Below are positions 48,701-61,608 of a stretch of 64,000 nucleotides of DNA, in pieces. A program made the translations under genes and the position numbers. The stretch comes from Ophelia neglecta. Its lineage: Eukaryota. A model generated the notes under the pieces. That model saw only the letters and a list, made by a program, of their open reading frames with translations, ran no database searches and had not been told where the DNA came from. Each line of letters starts with the position of its first letter. Position 1 is the first letter of the stretch. The stretch lies in NCBI GenBank assembly GCA_965285935.1, contig OZ260667.1, forward strand, positions 49,538,001 through 49,602,000. The letters run 5' to 3'.

Positions 48701-50884
48701 TGCGGCGTCAATAGATGATGCACAGCGGCGAAAATGCGTAGGATTCAATTTCACAAGATGAAGTCTTGCGCCAGGTCTTGGTGGACACTGAACACTCCGC
48801 ACATCTGCTGGCTACGATGAGTGGCTTCTTACTCAATTTGAAATGTATACCTGAAACTATCATATGATTTACTTATGTAAAGTTCTAACGGAGGATGGAT
48901 TCTTTATAATGTTTAGAACTTTACTTTCCATGACTGATTTATTTCTAAGGCGGTCACTAATAGTTGCGTTGTTCCAAACAAGCGAGGGTGTCCTTATCAT
49001 CCATTTCGTCGTTTCCCTGATAGAGCCCTGAATGCGAAACAGCAGTGATCGTTGTAAAACAAATTGACTTCGAAGAAAGTTATTTTAGAATTGTTATTGG
49101 CCTTTCATAAAGATAGTTTCAATAGTGTTTAAGGCAAAATAATCTCGGATTTAGTTACTTCATCAACTTATCGAGTAGTGACATTGGTATGAAATAAACA
49201 CATGTTTTGATTCTTCAAATCAAAGCGTGTTTTCATGCTGGTAGTTATAGAGTGGAATGCAGTACTGGCGTTTGATGCCATATCAAATCATAATTCACTG
49301 ACATGAAGTTATAATGTTTTCGTCTAGCAGTCATGCCTAGAACAAAAACATAGCTTCCGAAGAAATATAAAATTATCATTGTTTTAACGAATCCGTGTTT
49401 GTGAGAGTTGGTTGGGGGTGGAGGTACATTTGGGACATTTTTTGATTTTAATATATCTCTGAAAACACAATGTCATTACTTCTCTCACCAGGTACTGGAA
49501 GACCAACAAATGACCAATAGAAATGTAGCACTTTCTCTAGATGGCTAGGCATGTCATGTTAGAGGTGCATTTTCGCCTATTGGTCCTTGCATTGACAATT
49601 ATTGGTCAATTGTCCTTCCGATCTATACTTTTATTGCGTACATTAAAGACGCTCTACTGTATTATCTAGTCACTCTATAACCTAACATTTTCGAAGGTTT
49701 CAACCGTTTGCTTGAAACGGAACTAGTTTTCTAATTACACTTCAACGAGTAGATTTGTGAATATCAGAAAATTATAAGGCACAATGGTTCAGGGTGCAAG
49801 CCAAGATTGGGAGAGATTTTGTTTTAGATACCTTCACATTTAAAAGGGTGATTTAACAAGCCTGTAATATCGATCCCAAGCAGCCATCGAGTAAATATCG
49901 ACTGAACATTGATGTACTGTGACCGATCACATGTATTTTAAGTAAACACGTATACCATGGACCCTGGACTGTCCTGGTATTCGACCTGTTATTCGCTTCA
50001 ACGACTATGATATATTGGACCGGACAGGATCCATGCAGCGGACTATGGCGATTGAGTAGCAAAACATGGCAGCTAAGTATTGAATTGCATACTCAATCGC
50101 CAGGTGGCATGGATGGGTGACGCAAACAGAATGGGGTTAGTTGGCAGATCGACGACAACCATAAACGCCATATATGAAGCAGACGGCCATGGAATCCCGA
50201 CTAGCAGCGCTAAAACGGATGAAGAATTGGTTCATAATCTAGAACAAATAGTACCCCAACACGCACTCTCCACAGCGTTGGGTGTTAAAAGCACTCTCCA
50301 CGCCTCCCGCTGAGGCACCTTGCCAACCGACACTTTGCCGAGCCAACACATATAGATTAAAGGTTTGCTTAGAAATGGCAAGGGTTTCAAGGGTTTTATT
50401 CCCTCGATGCGTGCTGTTTAATTAATTTTGAAAAACAAGATTGCTTGAATACAATGGCAGCTTTTAAAATTTAGTATTTCTCTGAGCCAATTAAACAGGT
50501 AATATGTGTGCAAAGAGCATGCTTCCCCTGGGAATTAAATGGAATTGCTTTTACTTCGGTCACATACGGGCCATTTAACAACAGCTGGCTCTGATGCCTG
50601 TTTAGCTATAGACATAACCCTGTTGTAAGAAAAACGTTTGCGTGTAATACTGTCAGACTACGGTGCTCCGCAATTGATGTTTCCGTATATAGGCTAGGCA
50701 GAAGCATATTAGGCACAGGCCGATGCCTGATGGCCCTGTCAAAGAAACAGCCATCATTTAAAATTAGTTTATTTCCGAATTATGTTTATAGGGCAGTGCT
50801 TCATGTTTCCTTATGATTGATTTTACTTTTCCTGTTGTTCATATAACAAAATGGCGGACTGCCGTCAGCGAGGGCTATATGGAC

Positions 50885-51050
50885 ATGTAAACCAGGCAGA
50901 AGCTGCACTTAAGACCACCTCCTTTTCAGGTCATCTGTAAATTCAAGCCATTAATATGAAGAACATAATATACACACCAAAAAGCCAGTGGAAACAGTTC
51001 AACTGCATACTCAGACCAGAATTTCCATCCCATAGGGCGGTCTTAATTCA
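50885..51050. mobile_element. Highly degenerate CAGTGAAACCTG-family MITE
   Basis: CTTAAGACCACCTC ... CAGACCAG ... GGCGGTCTTAATTCAC. Confidence 0.5.
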
Positions 51051-54000
51051 CTATCATTCATACACACAAACACACACACCCTTACAGACATACACACCCT
51101 CACATACACATAAGAAATCTTTAGTTAAAGAAACGCCGTTGATTCTCTTGTATACATTGGATGTAAAACAGCTATTACCAAGATAAACCATTGCCGGGTC
51201 CCGCCTCCGATCCACCATAACTCATGGCAAGTCCCTTAGTTAATATGAAACGAGCTTTATATTAGACCAATCGACTCCTTGGCCACATAGGCGGGTCGGC
51301 CATAAAATTGAAAAAGACTACAACATCCGGTACCTGTATTGCTATGCATTATTCAAACCAGGCTTCGGATCTTTCTTCCTTAGAGATATTTGGTCTTGAC
51401 TTTGCCATCAAAATTGCGTTATGTGATATTTATGTGCTGATATACGGAGTAGCCCTTCCTTAAGTTTCTTTAATGTATAGTTCGGCTGTTTTCCAGCAGT
51501 TACCCTTGTATGCATGTCCGGTGATTTGATTATATGGCTCTCAAAACTGAGCAATGTCTTTTGCTCAGAGCGCAATGTTAAATTTTGCGAAGCGAAGACA
51601 TTTTCAACTCTGAGTAATATTACCTCCTGTATCGCTAAAGAATCGTTTCCTCGATCTGAAAGTGCCTTGTTATGGTTTGTAAAATAGTCCATGGCGACTT
51701 TGGAATGTCACTTTAGAATATTGACCCGAGTACACTGAAAGAAGGCGATATAGATATTTTTCTTGATTATATAAGTGTCTGCCACCAATTTGCTAGCTGT
51801 CGGGATATTCCCTGAGGACTGCTGTAGTTGTTAAATCCTATCAGGAATGAGTAAACACAACCGAACTGGATTGGAACTTACAAATTAATGATGCATATGT
51901 TCTTTGCTCAGTAAGTAAGTATATTGTGGGTTTACATAAAGGCTTTTGTCCCCTTAAAAGCGCTTTCACAAATGGTTGGTTGTATTAAACCGGCTTTTCA
52001 TTTACCTAATTAATGCTTTTAAAACATTGTTTTCTATAAAACAGTGTTTCAGGTCGTCGCGGTGGTTTTTACTTCTTAAATCGGGACTAAATGTCAGTTG
52101 CAAATGTCAAACAGCTTTTAACTGGCAGTTCTTGTATCTATCTACTAGTTTTATGATAGTGTGAGCTTTTGCATGTTGTTAACGTTTAGGGCATGAACAG
52201 TATATTTTTTGTCTCAATTCAGGATACGTATTCTTCACTGAGTTTGAAAAAAATGACACCTTTACCTTTACCTTTGAGCTTATATTACAAGCTTATTTAA
52301 TATACAAAAACAAATAAAGACACAATAGTAGTAAACACAGCTATTGCTTGAGAGTGAAAAAACCGCAATAACACACAGGAACGATGTAGAATAGTCTAGG
52401 TATTCACCATTACGTGTTCGCTTCCATTTTGCTGTTTTTTTACAATCCGTTTTCACGCTAGACATACTGCTGACGATTATTGTTACAAGTACTAAATAAG
52501 ACTGAAATAAAGCGTTTGTTTGCCAAAATATTAGAAAGTCTACCTCTAGCTATGCTAGGGTCCCATCTTCATAGGAAATAAATAACGAAACAATCATCCT
52601 TTAAACATAAAGATAAGAAAACAAGCCCTGGTTCAAATATGAGCTTCTGTGGATATCTAGCTGAGGTCAGAGAAGCTCCACGGAAAGTTTTCGGCACACC
52701 CTCTAATAGGCTCCGTTACCGCTGAGCATCTTTACCAGGAACGGAAACTGCCTTTGAAATTCAAATGTAACGCCGGCTCATTTTGTTCCCCATCCAAAAG
52801 GTAGGAAGACCAGGTCCTCCAGGACTAAGATGATCAGTCCACTTCTGCCATTCTTCGGCCAAGGCTAGGCTAACGACAAGGCCCCTTCAGGCTTCGATGG
52901 CTAGTTGCCATTTTGAAGATAGTTACTTATAAAAAGTTTTGTTTATGAGAAAGGCAAATCGCCATGTAAACGAAACCCAACTGTTGTTGGCGGAGCCCCA
53001 TCTCTGGTTGTGTTTACTAGCCTTAGTCTAGTCGGTGTATGCGGAAGGCGTTCGGCTGGCATGGACAGGTCCAAGGCGAGAAGCCTCCTCTTGTTTACGA
53101 TGCTTATTATATCATGAGCTCCCATTAAAGGAGGTAAACTTGACAGATCGAAATCGCAGGGGGCAGTCTCAAGGCTGCTTCTTATCTCTAATGCTGTTAG
53201 GCGGTCTCGCCAGCTCGATACATACATTGCACGGGGGATGACCGCAGTGATTAGTATCTTGGGAGAAGTTAGAGGAGTGAGACACCCGGGGTGTGAGCCG
53301 CCTCCAATCAGGGCAGCCAATCCGCATTTTAATCTTTCACTAGACACTCTAGATCTCTCCGTAAACTCCCAGGCGCGTGCACTCAGCGTACAAACACACC
53401 GATGGGCTATTTAGAGGTTTTTGATTAAAAGAAGTGCGGAGCCTTGTGGAGGTAAATTCTTATATTAGAACAGAGCACTTTTTCTTTAGCCTGTTGATAA
53501 CCCTAAGCCATTTCCTTCCCACTGTCCTAAGCAAGGACAGAGGCAACCCATCACTTTGCCCTTAGCAGGCACGGAGGTAGGCCTTCACACTGCCGTTTAG
53601 CGCGATTTGCCTTCAACTTGACCAGAGAAGGTATGTACACTATTGGTGAATGTAGGTAAGATAAGGTAAGGTTCGAACAACTAGTACATTACGGTATACC
53701 TCATTGTCCTATCCTAAAATATATTCTGGGTCTTCTGTCATAGGAAACCAAATGAAATCAATCTGCAGTTAGAAAGAAAATAAATCATCTCTAAATACGT
53801 AACTGCCAATGATATTTAATTGTCAAGTTGAAAGGAAAACTTAGCCAGTGGTTTCTTTTATGACACTGCGATCTTAGGCAACTTTAACAAGATTTGTATC
53901 ATGTTAACCAAAAAGCAGTCAACAATCGTCACTAATATTAAACATAGTATTGTACAATCAGACCTTTGAAATCATATTCAAAGTAGCAAATCACATACTA

Positions 54001-57000
54001 AATTTATTCAGTAAACAATTGAGCAGACCTAACACGAGTTGGATATCTTCTTATGCATCAACTCGTTGCTAAAAGCCTACCTAACGTTGCCTAACACTTA
54101 TATTATGAAGTTCTGATTTGTCATTTTTTAAGTAGTAGAATATTTTCTTAGTTGTAAGATTCATACAACTAGGAAATAGAAATTTTGCAACATTTCTAAT
54201 ATTAGTGTTCGGATAATTATATTACAATCATTTGATTTATATGCTTTAATACAAGGCTTTATTTATTTAAATCGCACACCTCTTAAAGCAGGACCAGGAA
54301 TAACTCAGAGACATGGCTATGGATAAATACTGCCATTTAACAGTGTTTACCATTTATTTATATACACTGGACAAGTTAGCCACACATAAAATCTCCAGCA
54401 AGCAATCGCGCACTTTTCCATAATCCCATACGAAATCCCATGTGCATTTGAAGTGACATAGTGGCCCGTGGCAACACACAGACGACAGATGTACTCGTAA
54501 TCACTATACGCCTTGTTGAGAATATTGTTTTGCGTAACTATTGCAGTAATGACAGATTTGATATGGAAGGTTCCTGTTTTGGCTTGATAGCAAGACGTCT
54601 GCCTGTATATATGTGTATGTATATACTATATTCTTACACGCCAAGACGTTATCAACTGAACAACACAGTGAGAGCGATTTGCTATTTCTACAACTATTTT
54701 ATTGTCCCTAAATAACCCAATTTTCCAATTTGACTGCTTGCATTGTCAACAGCATAGAATAATTAGTCCATTTGTAGGCAGGAATGACAGCCGCCGAGCA
54801 CTAAAAGCTTCCGTTAAGGATAAAGAGCTGTGTGCCATTATTTGTTTTGTTGATAATATTATGTTACGCATTTCAGTGATTTCCTTTAGCTGACCTGTGT
54901 ACCTTTTTTTTCTATAGACATTAACTTGTTCAATATCGAATGCGGACGTCACATATTAGACACTGTCAAAATGCAACATACACGGCGCGGAGGTGACTTA
55001 GAGAGTACTCTACCAATTGACACTCGTTAGTAAAATGTACGGAGAGAAAACAAAGTCTGGTTAAGCTAAGAAGAAAAAAGCTAAGAAAAGTCTATTTCTA
55101 CTTATAATCAAACAGATACTTAGAAAGTTCATCTTATCAATTATCAGTACAAGTAATTCCTTTTGATAAGTATACATTGTTCAACATACGCAACGACTTT
55201 TCCGACGTTAACCCTGAGTAAAAATTTTTTTAAAGGTTTGAGAATCCCCCTTGTTGGAAGGTCCCGCCGGGCCACTTTCACTAACCCTAACGCCAACATT
55301 AAAACTCTAGTATTTTAGGTACACTTATCCAGAAACGCTACCATACTAGTGGAAAGCATGGGTTTTACGCCCGCCCGTCGCAAATCACTAGTTTATAGTG
55401 TCCCCGGGGGCATTTTCACGCTAGGAGAAGTTTAAGTTGGGGGGGGGGGGGGGTGGTTACCTTTCAACCAGACGACCGAGACATCTTATTTACCAGGTTC
55501 ATGAGCAATATCCTTTTACAGGTACCGCGAAAAATGACAGAATTACCAGTGATTTTCTTCCACTTTCACCGTACAGAGTTCCTACTTGATGATGTACAGT
55601 ATTTTAACCAATTTTTGACTCTTGTTGCAGAAAACAACACCATAATTGTAGCCTCGGCTAGTGCAGTAGGTCTTGCTGGAACTTGGCATGTTTTATGCAG
55701 ACGAGTGGTTTACGCGCGCCAGGCTGAAAGCCTTGGCACTAACAAGCAGCAACTTTGGAGTCAATAATTAGACATTCATGATGCAAAGTTGAAAGGCGCA
55801 AAGTTCAGCCCTTCCATCCATCTTTCTTTATTATTTTTGACCGGACTATTGTTTTGATTAAGATGTATTTGCATGCAAGAGCAAATGCCACCCTTTACCT
55901 TCACGCTTTCATGACAAAGGAAATTTTATGGATGTTCTATATACTTTCTGTTCCCTGATTATTGTTTCCCATTCCAAAAGCTTGTGGCTGTTTTACTACG
56001 AGAAAGGTGGCCGAATACGAGCTTTTGCTTTTCCGTTTGATTAAATAAGAGATACACAGCCCTGATATCCGAGTTGATAACCTAGAGTTATGGAGAGTAC
56101 AGTACAAACGGGAATGGGTACTTAGAATTAAGCAAATGAGGTTTTTTTTTATCTATTAAGACGTTTCATATCAACAAGGAACTGTTCACTCAATGTTTAT
56201 GGAACTGCTATGCCCAAGACGCATGTTATCAAAACAAATAAATATTCGACCCTTTTAACTAAAGATCAAACACAAAACAACCTAAAACTGTGGATCATAT
56301 GAAGGTAAGAAACAACAACTGATTCTGTTTTGACTTCGTATTCATTTAAAAGGTGGTATTCTATGAGCACCTCTGCAGTATGAGAATTCAGTGATGTTCA
56401 GTGGTCAGTTCCGCTCATCAGAGGGATCTAGAACCTATCATCTTATTAACCCAGATGTGATAAACAGTATAGATACACGTGATCAGTAGGTAATCAAGCA
56501 TATCACGATAACTTTGGAGCAGGGCTTTGATGAATGTGGGCCTGTTGCTGGACGGTGGTTTATGTTAATTTTGGAACGATTAATACACTTGGCCTACGAT
56601 TTTTCGTTGACTGGGGTATTCCTTTTCTTTTTATCGTTGACATTCACATTGATGCTTCAATCAAGCTGTTTGCTGCGCTTCGTCATCATTCCACACATTA
56701 TATAAAGAGCAACTCCTGATTCTAGTCGCCTGTCTGGTCTTTGTATAAATCGACACGATAGAATTCAGCCTATGATCCATTGTAAGTGCACGATCCAAAT
56801 GTCCTGGATTTTGTTCGGCCTAGCCTTTCAAAACTAGGGAATTATAGGAAGAAAATGTCTTATGGCAGTATCACGAAATAAACATTGCATCATTCAAAGA
56901 GAAGATAAGATTATCCACGCTTCTTGTGTGTTCACGCAGCTCAATATCAGAGCTCAGTGAGCAATATGACATAGTATTACGCGAAGTGCTTAACCACTAT

Positions 57001-60000
57001 GGCCCTTTACAACTCGAACCATTTCAATCATCATGAATCTCCATGCCATAATGAGGCTATGAATGAATCAAACAGAGCCGGCGCAAGCGGAGAGACCGTA
57101 TGACCTCAGTTTAGTAGTTGGTGACAAGCAAACGCATTGAAAGCAAGGCAGCATCGTGAGGTCCATAATAAAGAACGCTGAACCAAAATTCAGAGAACAA
57201 CTACATCTATACTGAGGAGACGCAGGTTTCACCTATTGTTTGACCGTTGTGAGTCAGTGGACGCTATCGGTACAGGGCACGAATTGAATCGTATGCTTCC
57301 TGACTAAGTCTCACCGATTTAATGAATTATTTTTATTAACGATTTTGCGTTTTCTAACGGGTTTCCGTTCCCGTCATGAGGGGCTATTAGGCAATAGTTA
57401 TAATATTTTTATATAAAGATGCTAGTTAAACCCTTTAACACTTTAATTTCTTTGCTATACAAAATGTGAACAGTAAACTGCTAATTACAAGCAAAATCAC
57501 CTATTTATATTTGTCGGATTCAAATTAAATGTTGTAATTATTTCCGCTTGTGGAATTACAGATTAATTATTTTGTGAGCGCGGTCTTGATATACCCTGCT
57601 AATTTCGAATGGATCAGATTTATACTCTAGCTATGAATTTGTCGACCGACCGGAAATCAATATATATTTAAACCTGTATATAATTAGAGTATCGTTTTAC
57701 TGACTTTGACTGGCAACCCGTAATGGATTTCTCTGGGAATTACTCATTGCACCAAGCGTGTTATGAGGAGCTAAATACAACAAATAGCACATCCCTGCCA
57801 ACACAATAAATTTGCGCAACATATTTCACCATATATGTTTGAAATGAAATTTCGTCGCTCCATTAAGATAGGGGGGGGGGGGATTTCCCAGGACAGGGAC
57901 ATTTTCACAAACTGGCAATTATAGTCAAAAAATTTCAGTTCACAAAAAAAAAATTATTTGCTGTATTTCATGTCTTTGGTAAAGTGCGCAGCAGACACTC
58001 CCCGGGTATTGTATCATCGGAACGCAGCAGTGTTACATGAATATGCTCCAATACATGAGTTATTCTAGCTAAATGGTGAGCGAAATTCATATTTAATGAC
58101 TCGACTGACATGCAGGCGATCTGACTTGTTTCAAGTCATGTTCTGCCGCCGGCCATGTAATCAGTGCCGTCGTCCTTAATCACAGTTCTTCCTCCTAACG
58201 CGCTCCCTTGGGCAGTATGAGCATCTGATATTAAACAGCTTAATCCCTGCCAAGCCGTACTATATTTGTGCTGACCCATTAAACAGAACCCAAGGGAAAT
58301 AGCTATGCACAGCCCAATACAAAATATATGTCACAGACAGAGATCAAGAAAATAGCGCTTAAATGAAGCGAATAATACTATTGAAACACGCTTATTATGA
58401 AAATAACAACTTACAAGATGACATGACCATAACATAAATCAAACAGTGCTTATCATCAGGGAAACTATATGTTGTATGCTCTTAGCTCTATGTTCCTGAG
58501 GCCGCAGGCCGTTTTGACATAGAAGTATCGGCATATACCCAAGCGGCGCATAACTCCTCTTTGTCTCCGAACTATATTATGCAGGAAGTATTTGTTTTAT
58601 TATCTACCTCAGTGAGCTGTTAATAGAAAAAGGCAGCCCTAGTTTCCATTTTTCACATCCGTCTCTTCTACCTCGTTCGTACCTCCACTCTCAGACGTTC
58701 CAGCGTACACCACTCCTAAACACCATCTTTCCATCCCAGACGCAACCGTCCTTGCTGCAATACCGCATACAGGACTTGATCAACTAACATCATCCAGCAT
58801 CCATTCTACCCCAACTCCCACCACATTGTCCCCCATTCATTATAAGCCCAGATACTTTCATTTTATCTTGCTCTTTACCCCTGTCATTCTTTATTCATTC
58901 CCCTCCAGTCAAGTAGAACCTAATATACGTTTGTACAGTGAATGCAAGAGCCTTTGCCAGTCAACTATTGGAGATCAAGTTGCCGGGTAACAAGTTGACC
59001 TGCAGTGTGCATCTCTTACCAAATGATGAAGGATTCGGGGCATATGGCAAACCAAATTCCTTGGAGTTATTCGTGAGGTTGGTACAATCCTCACGCCATT
59101 GAATAATAGATGCCATTAAACAAATGTTGAGACATAACTGTTATTCCATTGATTTTAAGCAAAGTATTCTGATGATTAGGATCGCATAACGGTAGGGACA
59201 CTACATGCCAATTAACATTCTATTACTGTCTGTGAATGGATTAGTAATTTTTGTTGAAGATAGTCTAGGCCCAAACTCGGACTATGACCCATTGATCTTG
59301 GCATGATTTGCTGTTATACCGTATTTAGGCTCATTCGCACCATGCTTGGCTTGTCTACATCACACGATTATCTGGATGAACAGTTGCCAACAGCTTTTCA
59401 GTAAGTACTGTTGCGTCGTGTGTTTTCAATGACTGGGGAAGTTATGGAAATACTAATTCGCAGATTGAATGTGAATAATACCCGGCAATTGCGCCTGACA
59501 CCATAAATATGGGCATGCGCAGCCACATAAATATTTTATACACTCCTAAAACTCTTCAATTTTTTAGTACAAACGAGTTAAAACCTGTGTAGATTCAAGT
59601 GAAGTGTGTGTCAGTAAAAGACGAAACATTTTCGGAAAAGAAGTAAAAAGCGTAACAATATGAAAATACTGTGTCTCCCTTATAAAGCGTTAATGTGACG
59701 CAGGGCATAAAATGGAACTGAAAGTGTTCATGAATGCTTAAATATTAGCACAATCATCATCTTCATCATTTACAGCTTGAAAGCCAGTGGCATTTATCCT
59801 TAATATTTTTATGTTAGACCATGTGTTCTAGCTGTATTGCATAAATTAATTTGCGCCTTGTAACTATTGTGAGCATTTGCTGTAATATCTGTCACATATG
59901 AGGCATTTTGAGTCGACGACATCACCCTCTAGGTCATACCTCTACTGGCCTCCATTCCAACGCCTATTCATAAGTTCCTGCTCCAAATAATGACCAGCAC

Positions 60001-61374
60001 GACAGTTTCCTACTTGGTCATATGTTAATAAGAAAGCAAGGCAGTTGATATCCAGGCTAGACAAAGCGAATACTATTTATCTGCAGTTATTTATTAACTC
60101 GATCCCAAAAACTCTATCACTCGCCCTATCTGATCAGTATGTAATCCACAAAATCCACAACTGTACAGGTAAGTTGTTTATGTAATTCGTTTTGTGAAAA
60201 TGTTCACCAAAACCTATAAACGGACGTACATTTCACGTCATGGATGCCATGGATCTTGATTACCAAAATCAAGATTCGATTGCCAACAACCACAAGGCCA
60301 CCTTTTGCCGTTCATAAACTGCCTCGTTCCCGTCTGCCGTGGTCGGATCGTCCACGACAGTTGATCATTACTAATATAAGGTGATATACACAGTGTGTAA
60401 CGTACACAAGGCTCTGCTTAAAAAAGATAGCCGCACAAGTCTGGCTAGCTTTATGATACAGCCGATGAAACATGGCGACCGCTGGGTTACATTTCGAGTT
60501 AGGTCTGGATGATACATTCCTTGCCCAAAACACATTTTTACCAGGCAAGAGTTACGACATGAAGAAGCGGAAACGCATTTCTTGATTTATTTGAGGATTG
60601 TGGAGAAAAAATATGGTCACCAATGACTCAATATGGGTCGCCCTTAGCTGCTGAAAGGTATGAGATCAGAACATGGCCTATAGAAAGCTGGCTACATCGA
60701 TTCATCACAAAGTTTGAGATAGTTTTAAGTCCAATGAAATTGAAACTTTGGAATAAGAGGCAAGTTTGTGCGGCCATTTTGATATGCATATCAATACATA
60801 ATCAATGAAGATTAGATCAAATAATAATACATGTCAGTGTCGTTTTGTTGATCACTTCCATTTAGCTGTAAGTACAAAGGAATAACTTTTTTGTGATTTG
60901 TGTAAAACAGTACGTTAAGTACTATGTTAAAGAATCCAATAATCAACTGTATTTGTTCTGATATTTAAATGTCTTATGTTAACAGCGATTGTGTTGTAAT
61001 CAACGGTCTTTGTTATGGGTGTGCAATGGTGGATTCAATGCACCGTCACAAAAATACAGTTTGCATCCAAAAGTGTTTAATGATAATTAACGTTCAAAAA
61101 CAACTTATTAATCACTGGTATGCAAAGCCTATTTGGATCCGTCTAACTAAAGCCTAATAAAAGGTTGACTTATCTATATAAATAATGCATTGAACATTGC
61201 ATTCACCTACTTTGTTTATCCCTGATAATACACTACAATATATTGTAATGTGACAATATTTAAATGTATCCTAGTGTCCTTTTTTGCCTTCTTCTTCTGG
61301 GTGGCTCCCATGCTAGGGTGAGAACAACACTTAAGTCTCCCTGGCCAAATGTCTTCATCATAATGTCTTACTAA

Positions 61375-61608
61375 TTTTATATATAAACGTGTATATGCGT
61401 TACATGTACATTACATGTCTCACACTTGATATCTTATTCGTGTATTTATACTATAATTCCATATTGTATATATCATAAACGTGTGTATATACGTTACTTA
61501 TACGTTACATGTCTGCTACTCGTTATCAAATTCATGTACTTATATTATGATTTCATATTTTATTCATTGTGGTCTAAATAAAATGTTCTTATTCTGATTC
61601 TGATTCTG
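61375..61608 (+). repeat. ~95-bp tandem duplication followed by a retroposon-like 3' tail (AATAAA + (TTCTGA)n)
   Basis: ATAAACGTGT...TTACATGTCT...CATATT occurs twice, followed by AATAAAATG..ATTCTGATTCTGATTCTG. Confidence 0.55.

Noticed and set aside
52943-53347. 134-aa ORF and other short ORFs in 30-64 kb (for example 36976-37452 and 48467-48802)
   Set aside because: No recognisable domain and no consistent exon chain; consistent with chance ORFs.
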